In this document: positions 38,754 to 50,056 of the stretch, in pieces
Position numbering within the stretch: the stretch's first letter is position 1
How the letters are laid out: each line of letters begins with the position of its first letter
From: Macrostomum lignano
Lineage: Eukaryota
Length of the DNA: 64,000 nt
NCBI GenBank assembly: GCA_002269645.1
Contig: NIVC01000703.1
Span: forward strand, 91,280 to 155,279
Direction: 5' to 3'
Position numbers and translations under genes: made by a program
The notes under the pieces: model-generated
What the model was told of the DNA's origin: nothing
The model's database searches: none
What the model saw: the letters and a program-made list of their open reading frames with translations, nothing else

Positions 38754-40853
38754 TCAGGAGTGCAGGACGGCCACGTTGCCCCAGTGGGTGGTGGCCAGGG
38801 GGCCGCCAGCCGTGAAGATGCGGGCACAGTCGGCATCGTACTTGTGGGAGTAGATGGCGTACTCCGGCTGGGAGCCGTGCAGATAATTGTGATCCCTGAA
38901 CAGCTGGTGCTGGCGGGCCTGCTGCTGCTGGTCGCCTGGCAGGGCCGCCTTGCACAGGCCCAGGTGGCGGGTCAGGTGCCGATGCGAGCGGACATCGTAA
39001 AAGTACACGTTGCCGATCCCGGTGCCGTAGGACACCACGGGCCCGTTGCAGGCCAGGGAGCGGACGCCGCTCAGCCGGTCCTTGGACTCGATGCTGTCCG
39101 AGGCCAAGCCAGTCCGACTGTCGTACAGGGTCACCTGGGCGCAACCAGTTCACCCTCTTTTTCTCTTTAGGCTTTAAAGCATTTTAATGTATTTTTAAAG
39201 ACAAGGCTTATTTATTGGTTCTTACCCCCCAGCTTAAACCCTCAAACTCCACACAGAACCTCTATCAATAGAGGTTCCCTGCACCGACACCCAATTTTTA
39301 TTACCTTCCTCGGTTGTTCCAGCCTAAAACCTGATTTGTACATTTCAGTGGCTAATGTACATTATAACTGAACCAATTAGAAAGCTGTTTACGTCTGCAA
39401 GCTTTGGCTTCTAAACTTATCAAAGTCATTTCAGCTGTCTTTATTCTTTTAAAATAGCTTATGTATCCTTCTTTGCTACTGAACTGAAAGTAGAAAGCTG
39501 TTTTGCTAAGTATATATGCCTGAGTGGTTCATCTAGTTATTCTATTATCTGTGCCCAGGCCAAAAAGCGCCCCAGAGTCCTTTGCAGACACCACAGGTAA
39601 AACAGGAAAGAAGTGACTCTTGGACGACTCTAAAACGACGAGGTAAAATTCGCCTAAGAGCATACATGCGCAACCTTTGGGAATCACCCGGCCGTTTCTA
39701 TTAGCAACACACACATGTAAGTCGCTATTGGCTGAGAGCAGTCACGTGACTACTATTCTGTCAAATAGCGACGTACATGTGTGTGTTGCCAATAGAAACG
39801 GCCAGGTGAATCCCTAGGTTGCGCCCTAGGGTGAATCCCTAGGCGCAAGTGACTCAACAGTCGCCTCTCAATCACATACATCGCTAGTCACTATTATAGT
39901 ATCGGTCCTTCCACTAAACCACACTGCACAGTTGCTGGAAATGGAAGCGAAGGGCGACTCACATGATCCACGCAGCAGGAGTAGAAGCAGTGCGGCTCGG
40001 GCGAGGCCCGCACGCAGACGGTCTCCTTGGCGAAGCTGGACTCAGAGCTGCCCAAATGGATGGTAGCAACTGGCGTGTCCAGTCTCTCGATGCTGTAGAA
40101 TTGCAGGAAACTGTTGAGGCTGAGCACAGCCAGATTGCCGCACTTGCCAATGTCAACGGAGCGCAGTCGGGCCGACTGGTCCTGGAAGTCGCGCACTTTG
40201 CGCACATAGCGCGGCGAGGTGACGGCGAAGCCATCGGGATCAACGCCGGTGGAGAAGTTGGCCTCCGGCAGACTCCAGATGGCCATGCTGGAGTCGCGGG
40301 CCACCGACACCAGGGTGGCGGCGTCCAGCCAGGCGGCGTCGAACACCCAGTCGGCGTGGGCGCCGTGCAGCAGAGCGTAGGGCCGCAGGTCGGGCAGCTC
40401 GTACACCCCGAGATCGCCATCGGCCAAAGCGCCAGTAGCCAGAAAGGTAGCCGGCCCGTTGGTCTCCAAGGCGTGCAGGCCGCCGTCGTTGATGACAACC
40501 GGCAGGTTGGGGAGACCCGGCGAGCGGCCCGGCATGCCGAGTAGCGGGACTCGAGTCACGGCGCTGTTCAGCAGGTTCAGGCGAAGCAGGTTGTTGCACT
40601 TGGTGGCCAGGAGCACCGTGTCGTTATTCAGCCACTCGCAGGCGAACACCTTGTTGTAGGAGCCGATGCTGTAAGCAGACGGCCGCAGCGTGGCAGCCAG
40701 CTGGCGGCAGAGTCGCTCTTGAAGGAGGCTGTTGAGCAGCGGGCGCTGCTGCAGATGAGGCGGCAGGAAGCGCCGCCTCAGGGAAAGGGACCTGTGCACC
40801 AGACTGTGCGGCAGGTTCTCCCACACTGCCGGCCGACCCTTGGTGGCCACCAT
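38754..40853 (-). CDS. dcaf12: DDB1-CUL4-associated WD40 protein DCAF12-like (423 aa); exons 40853-39963 and 39134-38754
   Basis: NKVFACEWL..LLATKCN, GLHALETN, HADWVFDAAWL..ARDSSMAIW and C-terminal YAIYSHKYD..IFTAGGPL..WGNVAVLHS* match DCAF12. Phase-0 intron. Confidence 0.88.
39668..39824. other. ~157-bp imperfect palindrome in the DCAF12 intron
   Basis: Arms GCGCAACC..GGGAATCACCCGGCCGTTTCTATTAGCAACACACACATGTAAGTCGCTATT and its near-complement; the loop contains AGTCACGTGACT. Confidence 0.85.
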
Positions 40854-43255
40854 GGTCCAATACCCCCAATGGGATGCGAGAGTTGTGTGTTACACTGCTG
40901 CCAGGCCCAACAGTTGGGCGGCTGTAGAGGTTGAAACATAACCAACTTATATACTTATATACAGATTAAAACAAAATATGACAAACTAAAAAGATTCCAA
41001 CTTCTTAGACAAAATAAATAGAGATGGTAATAATAATTTGCTATTCATAAAAGTCCTATGTATGTTAGTTTTCGATGAATTGCTCAAGGGGAGCTTTCAC
41101 AGGGTAAAAAATTTCACAATGTAGAAAACTACTACATGGTTCTTGCTATATTGCTTTCAATGTTGTGAACTTTCAAGCTTATGAAGCTTTGACCTTATGA
41201 AAGTGCTGCCCACCCCTCAGCCCGACTAGTGCGTTAATACTTTTTGAAGCATTGTGGATGGCCATCTATGAAAATGTCACTTTTTCCAATAGGGCTTATC
41301 AAGGTATTAAATACACTAGGTTTTTATACTATCTACCCTACATACTAGGCCAAAATTATTTTTAGTTCTTATCTTATAAATAGACTTAGTTTCTAATAAG
41401 GATTGTACTACAATTTCTTTTATTTTAGTAATTGCCACATCATGGTTGGCTATCCACTTACCCAAAATTTTATTTCATTGTCTTATGAAGACATTCTCAT
41501 AATAAAATAGGACAAAATTATCCAATTGCCAACTAGGCTAACTGTAAACATTGTAACACATGGCTCTAATATTGATAAGTGTTGGGTACAATACTCAAAA
41601 AATTATGTGAAAACCAATACTCTGATACCATTAAAAAAGTGCTGAAAATACTTTAAAGTCTGATATCCAAATTTGAGTATAGGGCCTAACATATACCCTA
41701 ATTCCAAAACCTTGTTTTCTTTACAAAAACAATGTTTAAAAAGTATAAATGCATAATTTAAGTTTCTTAGACATTTCCCCAATTTTTTAAGGCAAAGAAA
41801 GCAAGTCTAGCATTGTTTTAAATGAAGAAACCTTCAATAAAACAAATCAAATAATTAAACAAATGAAAAAACAATCAGTAGCCACAATGTAGACAGTCTT
41901 TTATATCTATTAGTACTATATTATCATTTTAGTATAGTGTGGAAGCCTGCCATATGTAGTTGTATATAGTTGTTTTTATGCTAGCCATTTACTCGTATAC
42001 CTATCTATTTTATTATCAATTTTTATGCTAGGCAATTATACCAAGGCTACTTTTTTCTAGAATTACACCAGGGACTTCTAGCATAACTATAATGAAATGG
42101 ACTATAGGAGGAACATATTTTAAAACCAATTACCTCTAATTGGGCAATACTTTGCTTGCCACCTAGGTTTTTTTAGGGTTGGAAATCTAGCTGCCAGCTG
42201 GCCTTTGGGGCTCAAAATCCAGTTGCCAATGGCTATTATTGGTTGCCCATTAGCAACTAGGCAAATTCTTGAGATGGATGTATCTAAAACTGCATTTGAA
42301 AAGCAGAAATTTGTTCTCTCAACTCTAAGATTGCAATCTATGTTGCAAACAATAACAAACAAACAATTCGATCATATTGATTTATATGGCACTTTTATTG
42401 CACTTACAAAATCATTTTTTGAAATTGGCAAATGGCATGGAGAAAATGAAGTTGCCAGATTGGCTTTTGATGCCAAAAATCTAGTTGCCAATGAGATTTT
42501 CAAGGGGCCAACTTGACTCTCTGTATATACGCTTGTATAAACCTATATTACAGATTGCATCACTTTTTCCCTTTACTCAACTTGGCCTTGCCCAATATAT
42601 GCATTTAAGATAGTGGATTTATTTATTTATTGATGACTATTATGTACTTGTTACTAGTATAATAGTACACACTATTGATATAATTTATTATTGTAGAAAT
42701 TGTAAAATCAATATGGCAATCAGTGACTAACTTGGACTTGCAACATGATGATTTATACATAAATGCTAGCTTATCTAGGCTGGATTTTAAAATAGAAATT
42801 AGGGCTTTATACTCAAAAAGACATTATTTATACTTGTAAGAATTTGGTTTGTTTACGAGTATATAAAAAGTTGGCATGCATTGGCTTGGCATAGGTTTAG
42901 CCTAGGCAGTGCATAATATAGTAATATGGTATATTATAATAATATAATATAACCCATATAAGGTAGAGTATATTGTATACTATATATCAAATATTAATAA
43001 TTGCATTGTACTTACAGCCAAGATCATGTAATGTGTATGCTAGAAATTACCCAAAAATATTCATTGTGCACCAGGTATGCTAGGTAATGCTAGGTAAAAT
43101 CAAGTATGTCAGCAATAAATATGAAATATCTTAGCCTCTAAGCTTAATTTTGCATCAATATAAACATATTTATTCATTTAAAAAAGACAAACATTTTTAA
43201 TAAAGCTCTTATCCTTTTTGTTTTAAAAATAATTTTGCAAAATTGGTAAACTATA

Positions 43256-43399
43256 AGGGGTGTCCCAAAAGTTCCTGGAATGTCTAATGTAGCACTTCAA
43301 TGGAGCCATGAAATTTTATGCCCATGGGGTCAAATGAAAGGAAATTTTGTCACAAAGAAAACAAAGTTAAAAAATCATGTTAATATCTTGGACACCCCG
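43256..43399. mobile_element. Tc1/mariner-type MITE (144 bp)
   Basis: TA|AGGGGTGTCCCAA ... CTTGGACACCCCG|TA; short TIRs with TA flanks. Confidence 0.6.
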
Positions 43400-44733
43400 T
43401 ATATGTTTATAACCTTATGCTATATAAATTTTCTTATTAAAATTTAATGTACAGGTTTGTGTTGCTAGTGCAAACTGGCTTTAGTCAGCCAGCCCAGCTT
43501 GGCCTTGGGTGGGTATTGGTAGGGAGGTGGTTGCTCTGTATACTTTTAACCCCCAACCTTGAAGTGTTGCAGTTAGGATGGCTATTCATCTAAATTTATT
43601 TTTTTCATTGTTCCTCATGCTTTTATCCTAAATTAATTGGATAATTAATATCTTAGTTGTGTTACTATTTTTAATAAAATATTTAAAATAGACTTGTAGT
43701 AATACTATTCTAGTAATTCTTTCACTGTTTAGGCTAGTTTTGAGGTTTCCATGCATTTTGGTACCTATGCTTCTTGGTACCTAGCATTTTGGTATCCCAG
43801 ATTACTTTTTGGTACCCTATTTTATGATAGCAAAATAAAAATAAAAAGTAATCTTATAGCAAATAAAATAAATACTTTACAAAACATTAGGATTTCTAAT
43901 GAAGACAGTATCCATTTTTGTTAAACTAGCATGTTTCTTAAATTATGAAAAATCCAATGAATTTAATGGCATGCATACGCTATATCCTATATTATATTAC
44001 AATTACAAGGCTGCACTTAGCATGCATGCTAAGAGCAGTTATTTAGGTAAAGATTAAATCTATTAACAATGCTAAATGTAGTTTTAATTAAAATTATAAA
44101 TGTGACAAATCTATTCTAGTATTGATTTCTTGAGTCACATGATCCTGTTTTATTTCTTGAGAAATCAAGTTGAAAGAATTTAAATGAAAAGAGAGCATTT
44201 TTATTAAAACACTAAGTCAGCTTAACAAAATGAATAATACATTAGTATTTTTAAGTAAATAAGTACTACAAAGCTAAAGCTAAACTTACTGCTAAATTCG
44301 GGGTCATTTTCTAGGCCTATAAAAGCCTAAATTGAGTCATTTGCCCACAGGGTATAAAACAACTAAAGTTCTCAACTCAAAGAAAGCTCTGAGACTTAAT
44401 TGTTCTATAATATATAAATTACAGTGGTGGCAGCTCTATCCTACTAAAAGTAATTAGCTCAACTAATTGACATATTATTTTACAGTGTCAGAATCTACAG
44501 TGTCTACCATTTGAATGACCGCACCACGACCACTACACAATTGCTCAGCTACAATTATGACTACCCTCCCCCTAGAACTTAAGGACCTTGGCAGTCGGAG
44601 TGAAACAGGAAAAAGAATTCCATTGTGATTTCTCTGCGCAATTTCTAGATTTATTTATGCGAATGCAATGCCAATGGGAATTCAAACATGGAATCTGCCC
44701 CACTTCATTGGTGTCAACAAACCCACCAACTTC

Positions 44734-44920
44734 CAGTGGCATAGGGAAAGGGGGATCAGAGGGGATTTTTCCCCCCCGAAGAGCCTGACCAAAACTTTTT
44801 TGTTGCCCTTTTTCGCTATACATGCAACCATGTGAGCACTTTTACCTTGGTGTATCCCCCCATAGGAAATTCACCTTGGTGTATCCCCCCCCCTGTAGGA
44901 AATTCCTGGCTACGCCCCTG
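44734..44920. mobile_element. hAT-type MITE (187 bp)
   Basis: TIRs CAGTGGCATAG / CTACGCCCCTG; perfect 8-bp TSD CCAACTTC at 44726-44733 and 44921-44928. Confidence 0.85.
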
Positions 44921-45536
44921 CCAACTTCCAAGAAAACTTTCTCTATGGCGAAATCCAAAAACGTGGGATAAAACGGTAAAACAAATCTGCGGACATTCGA
45001 TGGAAAGTAATGTATCTAAAAAAGGTTTTTGAAAGATAGATAGGTCTTTAGAAAATAGTTCTGGATAAAAACTATTGTTTTCATGCTTTATATTGTTGAA
45101 TAAATAAGAAAAAACCACAAAAAAGCATTTTGAAAGTCCGAGTTGACCGATTTGCAATTTTTTGTTTCACTTTTTTTCATTATTAAACAATTAATTTTAA
45201 GACTTGTAGGCCTTAGAGAAGGCTAATTTTTTTACTACTTACAAAACAGAAAGTAATCTGTGTTTTACTTTTTATTCAATTCAAAAAGATGAAGTATTTC
45301 TAAGGATTTCAAAGTTTTTCTAAAACCATATAAACTCGCAAAAATTCATACTAATATAAAGTGCAAAGTTTGCCAGCAAACATCTTTTTCTAAAAGTAAA
45401 TATATCGCTAATTCCTTGTTGCAAAATAATCTTTAAGTTGTTTTCTTTCATTTAAATATCAACTTGCATAGTATTAGTATTTGTAATATGCCTATATTTA
45501 GACTTAAAAATTTTGGGTAAAAAATGGTACCACAAA

Positions 45537-45890
45537 ATGTGAACCCGGCATCCAAATCAGATGCTTACTGTATGCTCATTAAGCGACGAAGAACAATGAA
45601 ATTACACTAAAACATGTATCATCGCGGCGTGTATGCAGGAAAAAAAGAATTTTCCAAATCGCTTCAGTAGAAGCTGAGTAAAATGCAATTTTCCTATCCT
45701 TATGGGAATTCCAATGTGTTACCCGGCTTCCAAATCAGATGCTTACTGTATGCTTATTAAGCGACGAAGAACAATGAAATTACACTAAAACATGTATCAT
45801 CGCGGCGTGTATGCAGGAAAAAAAGAATTTTCCAAATCGCTTTAGTAGAAGCTGAGTAAAATGCAATTTTCCGATCCTTACGGGAATTTG
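45537..45890. repeat. 178-bp tandem duplication
   Basis: ACCCGGC..CAAATCAGATGCTTACTG starts at 45543 and 45721; few substitutions. Confidence 0.9.
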
Positions 45891-46287
45891 TATGTTTAAA
45901 TAATAAACTTACGTTGAATACAATTTATTGCAAACGAACTCTACAAAATACACGTTGTCAAGAGTAACGAAAGTGATAAACAAATAAAACCTTAAAATAA
46001 TGTTAAATATGTTGTAGAATTATAGAGTGTAACATTATAAGATAGTTAAAGTTAATAAAATACATTATTATAGCTTTTCAATAATTTTCATTAGACTCAT
46101 TTTAGGTCGTAATTAAACTTACCGTTTTAACAAATCATTTTATTAAAAATAAAGCTATACGAAAATAATTTGTGCTTTAATAGACTTTTTTACTTTTTAA
46201 AAACTTGAATAAATTTATTTTATAGCTTTATTGCTTTCAAATTGCCAAAAAACGAATTTTCATAAAACTTGCCCCCGATTTTTGGAT

Positions 46288-46973
46288 GGCAGTGCTTATT
46301 TAGCCGGCACCGGTCAAATAAGCGCGTCACTATTTAGCCGGCAGTCCTGCCCCATTGCCGGTCAAATAAGCGCGTCACTATTTATCTGGCAGGCCTGCCC
46401 AACTGCCGGTCAAATAAGCCCGTCACTATTTAGCCGGCAGTCCTGCCCCACTGCCGGTCAAATAAGCCCGTCACTATTTAGCCGGCAGTCCTGCCCCAGT
46501 CCTGCTGCCGGTCAAATAAGCCCGTCACTATTTAGCCGGCAGTCCTGCCCCACTGCCGGTCAAATTAATAAGCTATAACCCATTCATCCAAGCAATCCTT
46601 GCCCTCTCGTGTGCTACAGACAGTATACATGTACAGTATGGCCAGGGCCCACAACTAGGACGTATTAAACATTCGCCGACACTTATTCAGACACTTCTAC
46701 AGACACTTTAGTTTCTGTCGTACGAATCGTAGTTCCTTATATCCTTATATCGTAGTTGCTACGAATCGTAGCATTAAATTTGTTTATTGCCGGCTAAATA
46801 GTGACGAGCTTATTTGACCGGCAGTGGGGCAGGACTGCCGGCTAAATAGTGACGGGCTTATTTGACCGGCAGTGGGGCAGGACTGCCGGCTAAATAGTGA
46901 CGGGCTTATTTGACCGGTGCCGGCTAAATAGTAGCGAACTTATTCGACCGGTGCCGGCTAAATAAGCACTGCC
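46288..46973. mobile_element. Foldback/MULE-like non-autonomous element with modular TIRs (686 bp)
   Basis: Termini GGCAGTGCTTATTTAGCCGGCACCGGTC.. are inverted; the arms are built of 48-bp tandem units; perfect 9-bp TSD TTTTTGGAT at 46279-46287 and 46974-46982. Confidence 0.9.
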
Positions 46974-49900
46974 TTTTTGGATTTCCCCCTATCCTTACCT
47001 TAGAATGGCTTAGATATAATAGACTAAGTGAGAAAATACAAAAAATTGTTATAAAATTAATGTAAATTTTTGTGCTTGTACAAGCTTGGTGCAGCCTTTT
47101 TTGACACAAAGTGACACACTTTATACCATAATCCTAAATCTAAGCATATACCTGCCACAAGACTTTTCAAGAAAATTTGTATACTAAGTGTATGACAGCT
47201 AACACTAATGTGCACTAGAAATTTCTAGTGGAAATAACATGATCCTGAATGTGGCATTGTAGGGCCTTTCTACTTTTTTATTTTCTTCTTGTTTTTGTTC
47301 ATATCATAGTGGGTCATAGATAAGTTTAAAAAAATTAATAGATTAGTAAATACTAAATACTAATAGAAAGAGAATAATTGATTACAACTAATAGCTAGCA
47401 TTTCAAATTTTAGAAGCTTTGTTGTTGTAGTCTTAGACTTAGATATCTCTCTCTTTTATAAAATTGAATATCCTTTTAGAGCTTTACTTTTGACTTTGTG
47501 ATTTATTGTGATTTCATGGAAAATCAAGGTATATAATTGGCAAACACAGTGTGCAACTGATGAGCATAGTTGTATAGTTATACAAGCCCAGTTGTATTGC
47601 AATTTATCTAAATAATGTCAGAGGAAAAATTTTCGGACATAAAGGTATGTTATCAACCTGGCCTGATCACAAAAACACAATACCAGGTCCAGGACCCACA
47701 ATGACTTGACTACAAGCACAAGGATTAGTATTGCAATTCCATTCCAACCTTAAGGCTTAACTGATTAAATAAGGTTTCATCGAAAAAAGGATCAACTCAA
47801 TACGCAAAACAATTTAACAAAGTAGGCCCTGGACGTACGTGAACTAAACTAAAATTAAAACCATGTTCCTGCCTCTATAATACTAAAGAAAACTATGGTA
47901 TGACTGGTATAAATTTAATAATATTATATTAATATATTAATGTCACTTATCTACAGTGCATACGCTTTTGAGAAATTTGATTATCAAATTGTAAAAGAAA
48001 CTTTATTTCATATATATAGACAGTCGATAGCAATTAGTTTTTGTTTAAACGAGAAATACATAAAATGTTGTTTTATTTATCATTTTTTTAATTTCTGCGG
48101 TGTTACCGGAGCTTGATACAATTAAGAGTTCCAATATTTTTTAGATTATTTGACTCAAAACAGGACAGCCGGAAGTCTTTATAGCTTCGCTTCCAAAATC
48201 CTAATCTTATTTTGCGTTAATACGAATCTAGGTTATATACATCTCAGAATATTTTGGTAAGCTGTCCTGAGACCGTAGGTGTCCCAGAAATTGAAGAGAA
48301 CATGTTTGCAGTAGGGCAATCTGATTAGCAGCGACTGAAGTCGAATGTTAAAGTAATACCTCTTGAGCTGCCAATTTTTTGGTGAAGCGAGGTTCATGTT
48401 TTCATTTGTTATTGAGATTTTTGAATCTTCAGTCTGCATTGAAGCAGTCGGCGAGGTAGCGCTTTGTATGCATTTGTTTGGTCGATAATTTTTCTATTGC
48501 CTGAAAAAGGCCAATTCGCTGCATATGATCAGCTTTGAACTAAAACCTAGTCCCAGAGTTCATAAAACTCGAACCAAATGCAAAACATATATACTCAGCA
48601 ACATTGAAGTCGCCCACCCTTTCCAGCAGTAAGCGACTTCTCTCGGGCTGATCGAGGAAGACTTTTCTGAATTAAACAAATTGTAATTCGAATGTTGCTG
48701 CCAACTTTACCAAAACTAAATAAATTATGTTATCTTTATTTTTGTATTACACCAGCTATTGCTCAGCGTTGTGCCTACGTTATGTATGGCCCTGCGGTGC
48801 AGTGCGAGTGTAATACAACCTGCAAGCGAGATCAGAGTCGAGAAGTTGTTTTCTGGAACACAAAGGCGTGGCGACTTTTCAATGTTGCCGAGTATAAATG
48901 TGACAGAAAATTAAATAACGAACTTATAGCCAAATAAATCTAACCAACTTGTAGATCAGTTAAACTTTGCATGAGCATATGCAAGACTAACAACCGTAGA
49001 TGAAAATTTTATATCTGAGAATATAAATAAGGTACTGTAGAAGTTTTATACATCACATCCGAAATATATACATCTTTGAAATACATATAAACAGAAGATA
49101 GAGGATTAATTTTACCAAACAACTTCAGTAAGCTTTTCTATTAATTAACACAATTATTGATTATTATTGGCTATTTTTGGCTTTATTAGATCTTCAGGTT
49201 GTCTGATTCAATACACCTGTGTACAGAATTAGGGTATGATAGCAGTTATGCCATAGTTATAAGTACAATGAATCGAATTTGATTACACGCCAAAGAAATA
49301 GTTCTATCAGTTAATACAAAAAGCTGCGTGCAAGCGCATTAAAAGACATTGATCTATGATAATCACGTGCTACAGTGAACTCTGGAGTATGCAAAAAACC
49401 TGAATTCACAGTTGAACTGGATGAGCTTTCGGTGCGTTTGGTTTTTGTAACCAAGACGACTATCGGATAAACAAAATTTATTCTAGCAGTGGGAAAAAGG
49501 AATGTGAAAACAGCGCACAGTAGAAATGCGATTTCTCCAGCTAATTGTAATTTGTTGAACAAAAAAATTTCTATTCAGAAGTCTTCTGAACCATCATCAA
49601 TCCCAAAACGGTAACGAAGCATTCCCTACACTCGACTATTTCCTTTCCGAGCTGGAGTGCGGCAACACGGGTACACAAAAGTCCCAAAAGTTTTCCGAAA
49701 CGATTAAAATGAGATAAATTTACTTTTAGGGCCAATGGGCGATTCAAATCCGTAGGGCCAACGGATCTGAGGCGTGCTGGAGTCGCTGTAGATTCATTGA
49801 ATTATGAATTACAATCACATTTCACATTTATAACAACTCTTACTTAGTGCACTTGAGTTAGTAGTAAGCTAAGTTCTGCAACTCAACAATCGCCTCTCCA

Positions 49901-50056
49901 TCGCATTACAGTCGTTTGAGCCGTTAACTCAAACGATTATTGTCACGGTAACGCTTTCAACGAGCAGCCTCCAACAAGCGCCCTGCAAGCTAACTAAACC
50001 TACATCGAACGCATCAGCAAAGTGGGTCAAGTGGCATCATAACAAACAAGCCAAGC

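Noticed and set aside
47555-47600. Hammerhead ribozyme core (CTGATGAG)
   Set aside because: No downstream GAAA and no flanking helices were found.
48233-49630. Possible small AT-rich gene downstream of VIPAS39 (ORFs 49311-49562 and 48233-48439)
   Set aside because: One phase-compatible splice can be drawn, but there is no recognisable homology and no consistent full model.
49725-49770. tRNA-like GATTCAAATCC motif
   Set aside because: It has no cloverleaf stems and no A-box.
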